A program made the translations under genes and the position numbers. Below are positions 35,659-45,960 of a stretch of DNA of 64,000 bases, piece by piece; position 1 is the first letter of the stretch; every line of letters begins with the position of its first letter. The notes under the pieces were generated by a model. It saw only the letters and a program-made list of their open reading frames with translations. It was not told the origin of the DNA and searched no databases. Origin of the DNA: Actinomycetes bacterium (GTDB taxonomy: Bacteria; Actinomycetota; Acidimicrobiia; Acidimicrobiales; JAJYXR01); contig JAJYXW010000153.1 in the NCBI GenBank assembly GCA_021801525.1, positions 3,986 to 67,985 on the forward strand, written 5' to 3'.

Positions 35659-35683
35659 TCCGCACATGCTCTAATGTCCTCTG

Positions 35684-36865
35684 ATGAGGCGTCCAGGCAA
35701 TCCAGGGCAAACTCAGGTGCATGCGCTCGTGCCGGCGGAGGGCGAGCCACTCCTGCCCGAATACGGCGGAGCGTGCATCTCGTCGGTCGTGCCGGCGATA
35801 ATGGGCCGTGGCGATCCCGAGTGCCCTGGCTGGCTGCCGGATCCCGTGATCGGGGCCAACCAGGTAGTGCTGCTCGTGCTCGACGGTCTCGGCTGGGAGC
35901 AGCTGGCAGAGAGGCGCGCGCTCGCGCCGGTGCTCTCCACGGGCGCGGGTGGGCCGGTCACCTCGGTGGTGCCGAGCACCACCGCTACGGCGCTGACGTC
36001 AATATCGACCGGCCTGGCGCCAGCCGATCACGGGGTGCTCGGCTACCGGCTTCACCTCGAGCTGGGTGCGCCGGGCGATCGCCGCTCGGAAGTGTTGAAC
36101 GTGCTGCGCTGGCTGTCGGGCACTCGGGATGCACGCCGCGACGTGCGGCCGAGAGCGTTCCAGCCGGCGCCCGCCTTTGGAGCGCAGGGTGTCCCGGTTG
36201 TGACGAGGTCGGAGTTCGTCACCACCGGCTTCAGCGCGGCCCACCTGGCCGGATCCACCATGAGAGGGTGGCGGGTCCCGTCGAGCCTGGTGGTGGAGGT
36301 CCGGAGGCTGCTGCGCTCGGGGGAGCCGTTCGTGTACGCCTATTACGACGGCGTTGACAAGGTCGCGCACGAGCACGGCCTCGGAGAGCACTACGACGCG
36401 GAGCTGGTGGCCGCCGACAGGCTCGTGGGCGACCTGGTGGAGGCGTTGCCCACCGGAGCCGCCCTGGTGGTCGTAGCCGACCATGGCCAGGTGGAAGTGC
36501 CCGATCAGGCCATTGTTCCTGACGGGGAGCTGATGCGCTCGGTGCGGCTCGTGTCGGGAGAGGGAAGGTTCCGCTGGCTGCATGCCAAGCCGGGAGCGGA
36601 GGCGGACCTCCTCGCTGCCGCCGAGGAGCGCTACGGGAAGGACGCCTGGGTGCGCTCACGCCGGCAGATCGTGGACGAGGGTTGGCTGGGTGGTGAGCTG
36701 CGAAGCGCCTGGGCAGAGAGGTTGGGAGACGTGGCCATCGCGGCACGCTCAGCGGTGGCCTTCGCCGACCCTGCGGACACGGGGGAGCTCCTCCTGAAGG
36801 GTCGCCACGGCTCTCTCACCTCGGCTGAGATGCTCGTTCCCCTGCTCGCGTTCGGCGGGGATTGA
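35684..36865 (+). CDS. Alkaline phosphatase superfamily protein (type I phosphodiesterase/nucleotide pyrophosphatase-like)
   Basis: VLLVLDGLGWEQL, PSTTATALTSISTG, YYDGVDKVAHEHG and VVADHGQV metal-site motifs. Confidence 0.7.
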   Translation: MRRPGNPGQTQVHALVPAEGEPLLPEYGGACISSVVPAIMGRGDPECPGWLPDPVIGANQVVLLVLDGLGWEQLAERRALAPVLSTGAGGPVTSVVPSTTATALTSISTGLAPADHGVLGYRLHLELGAPGDRRSEVLNVLRWLSGTRDARRDVRPRAFQPAPAFGAQGVPVVTRSEFVTTGFSAAHLAGSTMRGWRVPSSLVVEVRRLLRSGEPFVYAYYDGVDKVAHEHGLGEHYDAELVAADRLVGDLVEALPTGAALVVVADHGQVEVPDQAIVPDGELMRSVRLVSGEGRFRWLHAKPGAEADLLAAAEERYGKDAWVRSRRQIVDEGWLGGELRSAWAERLGDVAIAARSAVAFADPADTGELLLKGRHGSLTSAEMLVPLLAFGGD

Positions 36866-36935
36866 AGCCATCCTCGGCGGCATCGTCCGCTCGGCACCCA
36901 CCCGGGGCTCGACTGGGCCGGGGCTGTTTGCAAAG

Positions 36936-37568
36936 ATGCGAGCCATGAGCGAGCGACCCCACGAACCGGGCACCACCGAGGATGCCGCCACCAAGTCGGA
37001 TGCCTCCGAGCACGTGGAGGTGGAGCTGATCGACCCCGGCGACAAGGTTGCCCACGTCGGCGGCGCTCCCGGCGCTACCGGCGCTACCGGCGCACAGGCG
37101 GGCGCGTCAGAGCCGGGCTCTACCAAGGAGAGCTCGGAAGAGGAGTCCGAGGCGGCGGAGCTCGTGGAGCAGCCGGCCAAGGTCATGCGAATCGGCTCGA
37201 TGGTGCGCCAGTTGCTCGACGAGGTGCGAAGCGCCCCGCTCGACGAGGCGAGCCGCTCACGACTGCGGGAGATATACGAGCTGTCGGTGAGCGAGCTGGC
37301 GGGCTCGCTCAGCCCCGACCTCGCGGCCGAGCTAGGGCGCATGACGTTCCCCTTCGGGACCGACGCCCCTTCCGAGGCCGAGCTGCGCATAGCACAGGCC
37401 CAGTTGGTGGGCTGGCTCGAGGGCCTCTTCCACGGCATACAGGCGAGCCTCCTGGCCCAGCAGATGGCGGCTCGTGCACAGCTCGACCAGATGCGCCAGC
37501 GGGGGCTCCCGCCGGGGATGGTCGGCGAGAGGGATGGCCCGCCCAGCCGTCCGGGAACGTACCTGTGA
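36936..37568 (+). CDS. bpa: Bacterial proteasome activator (Bpa/PafE, DUF2587)
   Basis: LVEQPAKVMRIGSMVRQLLDEVR..APLDEASR...AELRIAQAQLVGWLEGLFHGIQ...QQMAARAQL. The C-terminus GTYL resembles the GQYL gate-opening motif. Confidence 0.88.
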   Translation: MRAMSERPHEPGTTEDAATKSDASEHVEVELIDPGDKVAHVGGAPGATGATGAQAGASEPGSTKESSEEESEAAELVEQPAKVMRIGSMVRQLLDEVRSAPLDEASRSRLREIYELSVSELAGSLSPDLAAELGRMTFPFGTDAPSEAELRIAQAQLVGWLEGLFHGIQASLLAQQMAARAQLDQMRQRGLPPGMVGERDGPPSRPGTYL

Positions 37569-37656
37569 GAGCGCCTGCGACGCTATAGTCTCGAACCACA
37601 GTCGTGTAATTCGGCCAGCCGGAAATGCCAGCCGGAGATGGGGAGGAGCGAGGTGA

Positions 37657-40600
37657 GTGCCTGATAGGGGGTCCTTTGCGCATTTGCACACGCATACCGA
37701 GTACTCGATGCTCGACGGCGCGGCCCGGGTGGGCGATCTCGTCGCGGCGGCGAAGGCAGATGGTCAGCCGGCGCTCGGCATCACCGACCACGGCAACATG
37801 TACGGCGTTCTCGACTTCTACCAAGCCTGCCGTGAGCAGGGCCTGGTGCCGGTCATCGGGACCGAGGCCTACATGGCCGCAGAGTCGCGTGCCGAGAGGC
37901 CGGTGCGGAGGGGCCGCCTCGACGACACCGGAGGCGACACTGGCGGCGGGGAGAAGCTCTATTACCACCTGACCCTTCTCGCGGAGAGCAACGAAGGCTA
38001 TAGGAACCTGATCAAGCTCTCTTCCGCCGCCTACCTCGAGGGTTACTACTACAAGCCCCGCGTGGACTGGGAGCTCCTCGAGCGCTACCACCGGGGCCTC
38101 GTGGTGACCACGGGCTGCCTGGGCGGCGTCGTGCTGCAGGCGCTGCTAGCGGGCGACGAAGAGCGAGCGACCCGGCTGGCCGCGCGCCTGCAGGACATCT
38201 TCGGCAGGGAGAGCACCTTCGTGGAGCTCCAGGACCACGGCCTCCCCGAGCAGAGGCGAACGAACCCGGCGCTCGTGGCGCTCGCGGCGAGGATCGGCGC
38301 GCCGCTGCTCGCGACCAACGACTCCCACTACACGCACCGGTCGGACTCGGTGGCCCACGACGCCCTGCTCTGTGTGCAGACGGGTGCCACCATCGACGAC
38401 CCGAAGCGGTTCAAGTTCGACTCCGAGGAGCACTATCTGAAGAGCGCTGCAGAGATGCGAACGCTCTTCGCGGAGCTCCCCGAGGCCTGTGACAACACGC
38501 TGCTCGTCGCCGAGCGCGCCCAGGTCGAGCTTCAGCTCGGCCTCGACGCTCTCCCGGAGTTCCCGCTCCCCGAAGGGGTGCCCGGCACCGGCTATGCGGA
38601 GCGCTCAGAGGCGTACCTGCGCGAGCTCACGATGGACGGGGCCGCCAGGCGCTACGGCTGGCCACTGCCGGCTCCCGTGGCGGAGCGCCTGGACTACGAG
38701 CTCAGGGTCATCTCGGAGATGGGCTTCGCCTCCTATTTCCTCGTGGTCTGGGACCTGATCGCGTACGCGAGGAGGAAAGGCATCCGGGTCGGCCCGGGCC
38801 GGGGGTCGGCCGCGGGCTGCTGCGTCGCGTACTGCCTCGGGATCGTGGATCTCGACCCGATCCGCTACGACCTGCTCTTCGAGCGCTTCTTGAACCCCGG
38901 GCGCAAGCAGATGCCCGACATAGACATGGACTTCGACGAGCGCTTCCGCTCCGACATGATCGCTTACGCTGCGGAGCGCTACGGGAGCGACCACGTCGCG
39001 CAGATCGTGACCTTCTCCACGATCAAGGCACGTGCCGCGGTTCGCGACGCAGCACGCGTGCTCGGCTTGCCCTACTCGGTGGGAGACCGCATAGCGAAGG
39101 CGATGCCTCCTCTCGTGATGGGAAGGGACACCCCGCTCAGGGCTTGCATGGAGCAGGTCGAGGGTCACGAGGACGGCTATGTGGCCGCGGTGGGACTGCG
39201 CGAGATGTACGACACCGACCCGGACGCGAAGCGAGTCTTGGACGTGGCGAAGGGCCTGGAGGGCCTGCGCCGCCAGGACGGGATACACGCGGCTGCGGTA
39301 GTGATCACGAAGGAGCCGCTTACGGAGTACCTGCCGGTCCAGCGCAAGCCCGAGGCGGGTGGGGACCCCGCCGACGCGCCGGTGGTGACCCAGTACGAGA
39401 TGCACGGAGTGGAGGCCCTCGGCCTCTTGAAGATGGACTTCCTCGGGCTCCGGAACCTGTCGGTCATCGAGCGCGCGCTCGACTTGATCGAGGCCACCGG
39501 AGGCGACCGTCCCGACATCGACGCTATCCCCCTCGACGATGAGGAGACCTTCGCGATGCTGCGCCGGGGTGACTCCATCGGGGTGTTCCAGCTCGAAGGC
39601 GGCCCGATGAGATCGCTGATGCGCTCGCTCGCACCCACGTGCTTCGACGACGTGGCGGCCTTGGTGGCCCTCTATCGCCCGGGACCCATGGCCGCGAACA
39701 TGCACCGCGACTACGCGGACCGCAAGAACGGCCGGCAGGCAGTCAGCTACCTGCACCCGGACATGGAGCCGATCCTCGCGGATACCTACGGGCTCATGAT
39801 CTACCAGGAGTCGGTCATGCGTGTTGCCCAGCGCTTCGCCGGCTACACCCTGGAGGAGGCAGACAACCTTCGGAAGGCCTGCGGCAAGAAGATCCGCTCC
39901 CTGCTCGCGGCCGAGAGGACCAAGTTCGTCGCCGGATGCGCCAAGGAGGGCTACGGCGAGGAGCTCGGGACGAAGCTGTTCGACATCATCGAGCCGTTTG
40001 CCGACTACGCCTTCAACAAGTCCCATTCCTATGGCTACGGGCTGGTCGCCTACCAGACGGCGTGGCTGAAAGCGCATTTCCCGGTCGAGTACCTCGCTGC
40101 GCTTCTCACCTCGGTGAAGGACGACAAGGACAAGACTGCCGTCTACCTGGGAGAGTGTCGGGCTCTGGGGATAGAGGTCATGGTCCCCGACGTGAACACG
40201 TCGACTGCGGGCTTCATGCCGGTGGAGCTCGACGGCGGGCGGCGTGGAATCGTCTTCGGCCTGGCGGCAGTGCGCAACGTGGGCGAGTCGCTGGTCGAGC
40301 GCATAGTTGCGGAGCGCACCTCGGGTGGCCCCTTCGCCGACTTCTACGACTTCGCGAGGCGAGTCGACCCTGTCGTGCTGAACAAGCGGAGCGTGGAGTC
40401 GCTGGTGAAGGCGGGCGCTTTCGACTCGATGGGTCATACCCGGCAGGGCCTCTGCATGGTGTTCGAGGAGATCGTCGACCGCTCGCTCGCCCGCAGGCGG
40501 GAGGAGGCGGCGGGGATATCCACGCTGTTCTCCCTCCTCGAAGACGAGAGCTCCCCGGGTACCTCCTTCGACGACACGCGGGTTCCGATACCCGACACGG

Positions 40601-41262
40601 AGCTTCCCAAGCACCAGCTCCTTGCGTCGGAGAAGGAGATGCTTGGCCTCTACGTGAGCGACCACCCGCTGAAGGGGATCGAGGCGGCGCTGGACCGCCT
40701 GGTGGAGATGTCGATTGCCGACGTGAAGGAGGCCGACCAGAGGGACGAGGGGGGAACGCCCGTTGCTCCCGACGGCCCGCGTGAGGGAAGGGTTGTCACC
40801 ATTGGCGGTGTGATAACCGGGTTGACACGCCGCTACACGAAGCGTGGCGAGCTGATGGCGACCTTCGTGCTCGAGGATCTGCGCGCCTCGATCGAGGTCT
40901 TCGTGTTCCCCAAGGTGATGCAGGAGGTCGGCTCGATCCTCGAAGACGACGTCGTGGTAGTGCTGAGGGGTCGAATAGACGCCCGCGACGAGCAGGTGAA
41001 GATCGTCTGCATGGATGTATCACGCCCGCAGCTCCAGGTCGCAGAGCACTCCGAGCTTCGCGTGAGGCTCCCGCTGGGCAAGCTGACGGATGCGGTGGTG
41101 GACGAGCTCAAGCAGCTCTTCGTCGAGCATCCGGGGAACGAGCCGGTGCTGCTGCACGTAGGCGACACCACGCTGCGGCTGCCGGACGTCTTCAGGGTGG
41201 ACAGCCGCCGCGGCCTGGTCGGCGAGCTGCGGGCGCTTCTCGGAGCAAATGCCATCGCCTAG
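37657..41262 (+). CDS. dnaE: DNA polymerase III subunit alpha
   Basis: PHP domain HLHTHTEYSMLDG, the polymerase core (PDIDMDF), and an OB fold near the C-terminus. GTG start after GGAGGAG. Confidence 0.97.
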   Translation: MPDRGSFAHLHTHTEYSMLDGAARVGDLVAAAKADGQPALGITDHGNMYGVLDFYQACREQGLVPVIGTEAYMAAESRAERPVRRGRLDDTGGDTGGGEKLYYHLTLLAESNEGYRNLIKLSSAAYLEGYYYKPRVDWELLERYHRGLVVTTGCLGGVVLQALLAGDEERATRLAARLQDIFGRESTFVELQDHGLPEQRRTNPALVALAARIGAPLLATNDSHYTHRSDSVAHDALLCVQTGATIDDPKRFKFDSEEHYLKSAAEMRTLFAELPEACDNTLLVAERAQVELQLGLDALPEFPLPEGVPGTGYAERSEAYLRELTMDGAARRYGWPLPAPVAERLDYELRVISEMGFASYFLVVWDLIAYARRKGIRVGPGRGSAAGCCVAYCLGIVDLDPIRYDLLFERFLNPGRKQMPDIDMDFDERFRSDMIAYAAERYGSDHVAQIVTFSTIKARAAVRDAARVLGLPYSVGDRIAKAMPPLVMGRDTPLRACMEQVEGHEDGYVAAVGLREMYDTDPDAKRVLDVAKGLEGLRRQDGIHAAAVVITKEPLTEYLPVQRKPEAGGDPADAPVVTQYEMHGVEALGLLKMDFLGLRNLSVIERALDLIEATGGDRPDIDAIPLDDEETFAMLRRGDSIGVFQLEGGPMRSLMRSLAPTCFDDVAALVALYRPGPMAANMHRDYADRKNGRQAVSYLHPDMEPILADTYGLMIYQESVMRVAQRFAGYTLEEADNLRKACGKKIRSLLAAERTKFVAGCAKEGYGEELGTKLFDIIEPFADYAFNKSHSYGYGLVAYQTAWLKAHFPVEYLAALLTSVKDDKDKTAVYLGECRALGIEVMVPDVNTSTAGFMPVELDGGRRGIVFGLAAVRNVGESLVERIVAERTSGGPFADFYDFARRVDPVVLNKRSVESLVKAGAFDSMGHTRQGLCMVFEEIVDRSLARRREEAAGISTLFSLLEDESSPGTSFDDTRVPIPDTELPKHQLLASEKEMLGLYVSDHPLKGIEAALDRLVEMSIADVKEADQRDEGGTPVAPDGPREGRVVTIGGVITGLTRRYTKRGELMATFVLEDLRASIEVFVFPKVMQEVGSILEDDVVVVLRGRIDARDEQVKIVCMDVSRPQLQVAEHSELRVRLPLGKLTDAVVDELKQLFVEHPGNEPVLLHVGDTTLRLPDVFRVDSRRGLVGELRALLGANAIA

Positions 41263-41414
41263 GGTCGGCTTTCGAGGACGCCCGGATGGGCTTTCGAGCG
41301 CGCGAGTAGGTCACACCCCGCGCGATCCCGTATCCTGGTACGTGGTCCTCGCGCGCTCTTCGGCGCAGCGGGGGTCCTACGAGCATCATCGAGACCACGA
41401 GCACGGAGCTGGCC

Positions 41415-42113
41415 ATGCCCTTTGATGTCGATACGAAGGATTGCACGGGATTGAGCGACGGGGAGCTGGAGGTGCTGGCAGACCTCTGCGCCGAGCACGA
41501 GCCGGCGTTCGACATCGGCTTCCTGTCCAAGCAGCGGGAAGAATGGGTTCTCGTTACCGAGGTCCGCGAGGGGACGAAGCTCCGCGGCTACTCGTTCTCG
41601 ACGCTGGAGAGGATCGGCGGGACGCCTTCGCTGCTGATCGGCGTGGCGGCGGTCGATCGCACCTCCAAGGCCGAGCAGGCCCTGCGCGCGACGATGGCTG
41701 ACCAGTACCGGCGTGCGTTGCTCGCTTTCCCGGACGAGGACGTGCTGGTCGGAACGCGGCTCATGTCCTCGCGAGGGTACGCGGTGTTCAACGGGCTTTC
41801 CGATGTCGTACCTCTCCCGGGGCACAAGGCGAGCGGAGAGGAGCGGGCGTGGGGCAGGCGCCTGGCCAAGCGCTTCGGCGCCGAGGGGCGGATAGACGAC
41901 CGGACCTTCATCGTCTCCGGCAACAACTCGGAGGCCGGAGGGGTGGACTTCGATGGCCCGAAGGTCGAGCCGGGCAGCCCGGAGCTTGCTGCCATGTTCG
42001 CTGGGGTCGATATATCCCGCGGCGACAGGCTCGTCGCGTTCGGTTGGGCTATGGCCGAGGATCTGGCTTCGGGGGCACTGGCCGCGGGCCGCGCCAAGGG
42101 CTTCCGCGTCTGA
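41415..42113 (+). CDS. Hypothetical protein
   Basis: 232-aa ORF with coding-like composition. No motif recognised. Confidence 0.5.
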   Translation: MPFDVDTKDCTGLSDGELEVLADLCAEHEPAFDIGFLSKQREEWVLVTEVREGTKLRGYSFSTLERIGGTPSLLIGVAAVDRTSKAEQALRATMADQYRRALLAFPDEDVLVGTRLMSSRGYAVFNGLSDVVPLPGHKASGEERAWGRRLAKRFGAEGRIDDRTFIVSGNNSEAGGVDFDGPKVEPGSPELAAMFAGVDISRGDRLVAFGWAMAEDLASGALAAGRAKGFRV

Positions 42114-42128
42114 TCTCCACTTCCCGGG

Positions 42129-42188
42129 TTGGCGCATCGGCTGGCGGACCGCCTGGCGCATCGGTTGGCGCGGCGGTTGGCGCTTCTG
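42129..42188. repeat. 12-bp imperfect tandem repeat (T/C)TGGCGCATCGG x5
   Basis: Read directly, in the spacer between convergent genes. Confidence 0.75.
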
Positions 42189-42216
42189 TCAGCCACCGGC
42201 GTGCTCGGCGCCTCGC

Positions 42217-42978
42217 TCAGGGTCGGGGAAGCAGCGCCGACACCGTCTTGTAGCAGTAGCCCCCCCGCGACCTGCTCACGGCCGCGACGAGGTAGCGGGG
42301 TCGGAAGCCGAGTGCTTCCGCAAGTGCGTTTCCGGCCAGGCGGGACCGGCGCGAAGCGTCGAGGATGCGACAGGCGTGGGAGTCTTCTACCGGGAGCCAG
42401 TTGTCCGAGCGAGACCAGCCGAAGCGGGCCCATACGGCGCCGTCGCCCCGGCGTCGGAAGAGGACCGGACCGGCAGTCGGGGCGACCAGGGCCAGGGAAG
42501 GCTGCATTCCTCGGAACTCCCAATACGGAGCCGAGTTGCCCGGGAACCCGAGCAGATCTCCTCCGCCCGGGGAGACGATCTTGTCGATCGCTCGGCGCGC
42601 CTTGCGGCCTCGGAAGGCTCCTATGACGACGGGCTCGGCCTCTACGGTTATGGCTTCCGGTTGTGCCAAGTCGTCCTGCTCGGGGTCGACCGCCGGCCTG
42701 GCCTCTATCACGTCGAACGCCGAGGCGGAGAGGCCCGCGAAGAGAGATCCATCAGGAGCGCTGAGGCGTATCCTGCGCAAGACGCCCGTGTCCAGGTCGA
42801 CTCCTGCGTAGTCGTCTGGCCCTGCGGCCAGCACGAGCAAGCGCACGGTCCCGGGCTGGGCCTCGCTTCTCATGACCCGCCGAACCTGGCGGCGTGCGTC
42901 GCGCTTGGAGATCGGCGAGGCAGCAGGCGCGCCAGCAGGCGCGCTCGTCTCGGTGCTCACGGACTCGCTCATGGCCAC
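42217..42978 (-). CDS. Hypothetical protein
   Basis: 253-aa ORF with coding-like composition. Its start overlaps the stop of the upstream thioredoxin-domain gene by 10 nt, which suggests an operon. Confidence 0.55.
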   Translation of the reverse strand: MAMSESVSTETSAPAGAPAASPISKRDARRQVRRVMRSEAQPGTVRLLVLAAGPDDYAGVDLDTGVLRRIRLSAPDGSLFAGLSASAFDVIEARPAVDPEQDDLAQPEAITVEAEPVVIGAFRGRKARRAIDKIVSPGGGDLLGFPGNSAPYWEFRGMQPSLALVAPTAGPVLFRRRGDGAVWARFGWSRSDNWLPVEDSHACRILDASRRSRLAGNALAEALGFRPRYLVAAVSRSRGGYCYKTVSALLPRP

Positions 42979-45080
42979 GGATCAATGATGGCAGAGTCGC
43001 CGCCCCCGGTGGGTGGATGCAAGGCCGGTCTCTCCGTATTGCGAGCGTGCGAGCGGGCAGCAGCAGCGCTCTCCTCGCTCAGAGCCCCGAGAAGCTCCTC
43101 CACCGTTGCCGACGGAGCGCGGCATGTCATGTGCCGGCAGACGTAGGCATAACCCTCCTCACGCCCGTCGAAGAGAGGCCAAGCGGCGGGATCTCCCCAA
43201 GCCATAACTGCCGCCGGCTCGAAGCGAGGACGCAGGGCGTCCAAGAGGTCGGGACGCCTTCCGGCCACCACGACCTCCACCAGATCGTCGGCGAGCACCG
43301 CTGCGGGCAGCACCCCGGCGACCGGCAGGGGATTGCCGGGCGTGAGCGCCAGCGCGGCGTGGATGAGCTCCTCGGCGGCATCCGTCATCCTCTGGTCGCA
43401 CGAGAGAGCTCCGAGGCGCACAAGGGCGCAGGCCGCCACCGAGGTAGCCGAAGGGGTTGCGCCGTCGTGCGCGTCCGCCGGTCGCGCAAAGAGCGCTTCG
43501 GCATCGTTGCCGGTCATGTGGAGCACGGAGCCCGGCTCGTAGAAGAGGCGCAGGAGCTCTCGTGCCGCGCTGCGGGCTTCCTCGGCGAAGTGGGCCTTTC
43601 CGGTCAGCTCGGCCAGGCGGGTGAAGGCGTCGACGAGCCAGGCGTAGTCGGCGGCGCAGGCGAGAGGGCCGGGCACGCCGTCGCACCAGGAGCGGAGCCA
43701 CCTGCCGTCAGTGGGCCTGCGCAGATCGCGCAAGAGCATGTCAGCGATCGCGATCGCGCGGCTCTCCCAGGTGGGATTGGCTGTGGCCCAGGCCGCCTCC
43801 GCCAGGGCGGAGCAGAACATTGCGTTCCACTCCGTCACGACCTTGTTGTCACGGGCCGGACGGGTGCGCTGTGCCCGCGCCCTCGCGAGGTGCACCCTCG
43901 CCTGCTCGACAGCTTCCGGCCGCTCGATGGGGGCTCCCGGAGGCCGGCGGAGGACGTACCTGCTCCCCTCGAAGTTCGGCGGGCCTCCGAGCCCGTACCA
44001 CTCGATCGCCGCCCTCGCGAGGTCCGGAGGGAGGAGCTGCTCGAGCTCCGAGCGCTCCCAGAGGTAGAAGCGACCTTCCTCCCCCTCGCTGTCGGCGTCC
44101 TCGGAGGACGCGAGCCCGCCCCCGTCGAGCGCGAGGTCCTGGAGCACGTAGGCCGCGGTCTCCTCGACCACCTGGAGCCAGCGTCGCTCGCCTGTGGACT
44201 GCCAGGCGTGGAGGTAGCAGCGCAGGAGGCCGGCCTGGTCGTAGAGCATCTTCTCGAAGTGGGGAACGCTCCATGTAGCGTCGGTCGAGTAGCGGGCGAA
44301 GCCGCCGCCGAGGTGGTCGTAGATGCCGCCGGCGGCCATCGCGGCGAGAGTGCGCGAAGCCATGTCGAGCGCCCGCTTCCCGCCCGAGAGCCTGTGGTGG
44401 ATCAGGCAGATCTCCACCAGCTGGGGGTTGGGGAACTTCGGTGCCGGCGAGAACCCCGCATCGACTTCGTCGAAGCGCCGGGACAGCTCACCTACGGCTC
44501 GGTGCAGGAGCTCGTGTCCCCCGGGAGAGGTGCCACTGTAGGGAGAACGCGCCCCCTGTCGCGGCCCGGTTCGACCGGGGGAGCCGGCAGCCTCGATCGC
44601 CTCGGCCAACGCACCGGCCTGGCGCTCCAGCTCCTCGCGCCGGTCTCGCCATGCCTCGTGCACTGCCCGAAGCAGCCGGCCGAACCCAGGGAGCCCGTGG
44701 CGGTCCTCCGGGGGGAAGTACGTGCCGCCGAAGAACGGGCGGGTATCGGGGGTGAGGAAGACGGTCATGGGCCACCCCCCGCGACCGGCCATGGCCTGCA
44801 CCGCGTCCATGTATATCGAGTCGATGTCAGGTCGCTCCTCGCGATCCACCTTCACCGAGACGAAGTGCTCGTTCAGATACGCGGCGATGTCGGTGTCCTC
44901 GAAGGACTCGTGAGCCATGACGTGGCACCAGTGGCACGACGCATACCCGATGGAGAGGAAAATAGGCAGGTCGAGCTCCGAGGCTCGAGCGAGCGCCTCG
45001 GGGCCCCAGGGGTACCAGTCGACCGGGTTGGCGGCGTGCTGGCGGAGGTACGGGCTCGGTTCCGAAGCTAGGCGGTTCAC
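42969..45080 (-). CDS. Thioredoxin domain-containing protein (DUF255/YyaL-like with a six-hairpin glycosidase-like domain)
   Basis: [25 protein letters not shown]...[16 protein letters not shown]-terminal signature. Confidence 0.85.
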   Translation of the reverse strand: MNRLASEPSPYLRQHAANPVDWYPWGPEALARASELDLPIFLSIGYASCHWCHVMAHESFEDTDIAAYLNEHFVSVKVDREERPDIDSIYMDAVQAMAGRGGWPMTVFLTPDTRPFFGGTYFPPEDRHGLPGFGRLLRAVHEAWRDRREELERQAGALAEAIEAAGSPGRTGPRQGARSPYSGTSPGGHELLHRAVGELSRRFDEVDAGFSPAPKFPNPQLVEICLIHHRLSGGKRALDMASRTLAAMAAGGIYDHLGGGFARYSTDATWSVPHFEKMLYDQAGLLRCYLHAWQSTGERRWLQVVEETAAYVLQDLALDGGGLASSEDADSEGEEGRFYLWERSELEQLLPPDLARAAIEWYGLGGPPNFEGSRYVLRRPPGAPIERPEAVEQARVHLARARAQRTRPARDNKVVTEWNAMFCSALAEAAWATANPTWESRAIAIADMLLRDLRRPTDGRWLRSWCDGVPGPLACAADYAWLVDAFTRLAELTGKAHFAEEARSAARELLRLFYEPGSVLHMTGNDAEALFARPADAHDGATPSATSVAACALVRLGALSCDQRMTDAAEELIHAALALTPGNPLPVAGVLPAAVLADDLVEVVVAGRRPDLLDALRPRFEPAAVMAWGDPAAWPLFDGREEGYAYVCRHMTCRAPSATVEELLGALSEESAAAARSHARNTERPALHPPTGGGDSAIIDPWP

Positions 45081-45124
45081 GGGAAAGATGCTACGGCGGG
45101 GAGCATGCCGGTAGGGTTGGCACG

Positions 45125-45889
45125 GTGGAACTGCGGCTCGACGGCAAGGTGGCGCTCGTCACGGGCGGATCGAAGGGGATCGGGCGGGCAATAGCTGCTC
45201 GTTTCGCCGGAGCGGGGGCAAGGGTGATGATCTCCTCGCGCAAGGCGGACGCTCTGGCGGAGGCGGCCGACGAGATCTCCGCGCTCGGGGGCGAGGTGGC
45301 CTGGCACCCGGCCAACGCGGGGGACCCGATCGGCGCGCAAAGCTGCGTAGCGGCCACGATGGATCGCTTCGGGGGCCTCGACATCCTCGTGAACAACGCC
45401 GCGACCAATCCCTACTTCGGGCGGATGATCGACATCGACGAGAGCAGGGTTGCCAAGACCGTCCAGGTGAACCAGCAGGCGATCCTCGTGTGGACCCAGC
45501 TCGCCTGGCGGGCGGCAATGGAGCGCTCCGGCGGGTCGGTGCTGAACATCGCCTCCGTGGGGGGCATGTCGGTCGAACCGGGCATCGGCTGGTACAACGT
45601 CACCAAGGCAGCGGTCATCCACATAACCCGCCAGCTCGCCTACGAGCTCGGCCCGCAGGTGCGGGTGAACGCGCTCGCGCCGGGCCTCGTGCGCACCGAC
45701 TTCGCGAGGGCGCTGTGGGAGCCGGCAGAGGAGATGGTGGCCAAGCGCCTCCCTCTCAGGCGAATAGGCGAGCCCGAGGACATAGCCGGGGCCGCGCTCT
45801 TCTTGTCTTCCGACGCGGCGGCATGGATTACCGGCCACGTGCTCGTGGTGGACGGCGGAGCCATGGCGATGCCGAGCGGCGGCATCTGA
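45125..45889 (+). CDS. SDR family oxidoreductase
   Basis: [32 protein letters not shown] and a PGLVRT-type motif. Confidence 0.88.
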   Translation: MELRLDGKVALVTGGSKGIGRAIAARFAGAGARVMISSRKADALAEAADEISALGGEVAWHPANAGDPIGAQSCVAATMDRFGGLDILVNNAATNPYFGRMIDIDESRVAKTVQVNQQAILVWTQLAWRAAMERSGGSVLNIASVGGMSVEPGIGWYNVTKAAVIHITRQLAYELGPQVRVNALAPGLVRTDFARALWEPAEEMVAKRLPLRRIGEPEDIAGAALFLSSDAAAWITGHVLVVDGGAMAMPSGGI

Positions 45890-45960
45890 GCACCGGACGG
45901 AGGCACACAACGCCCGAGGCTGCACGCTCGGAGGCGAGGGGGGCAGGTAGCATTGCCGAC

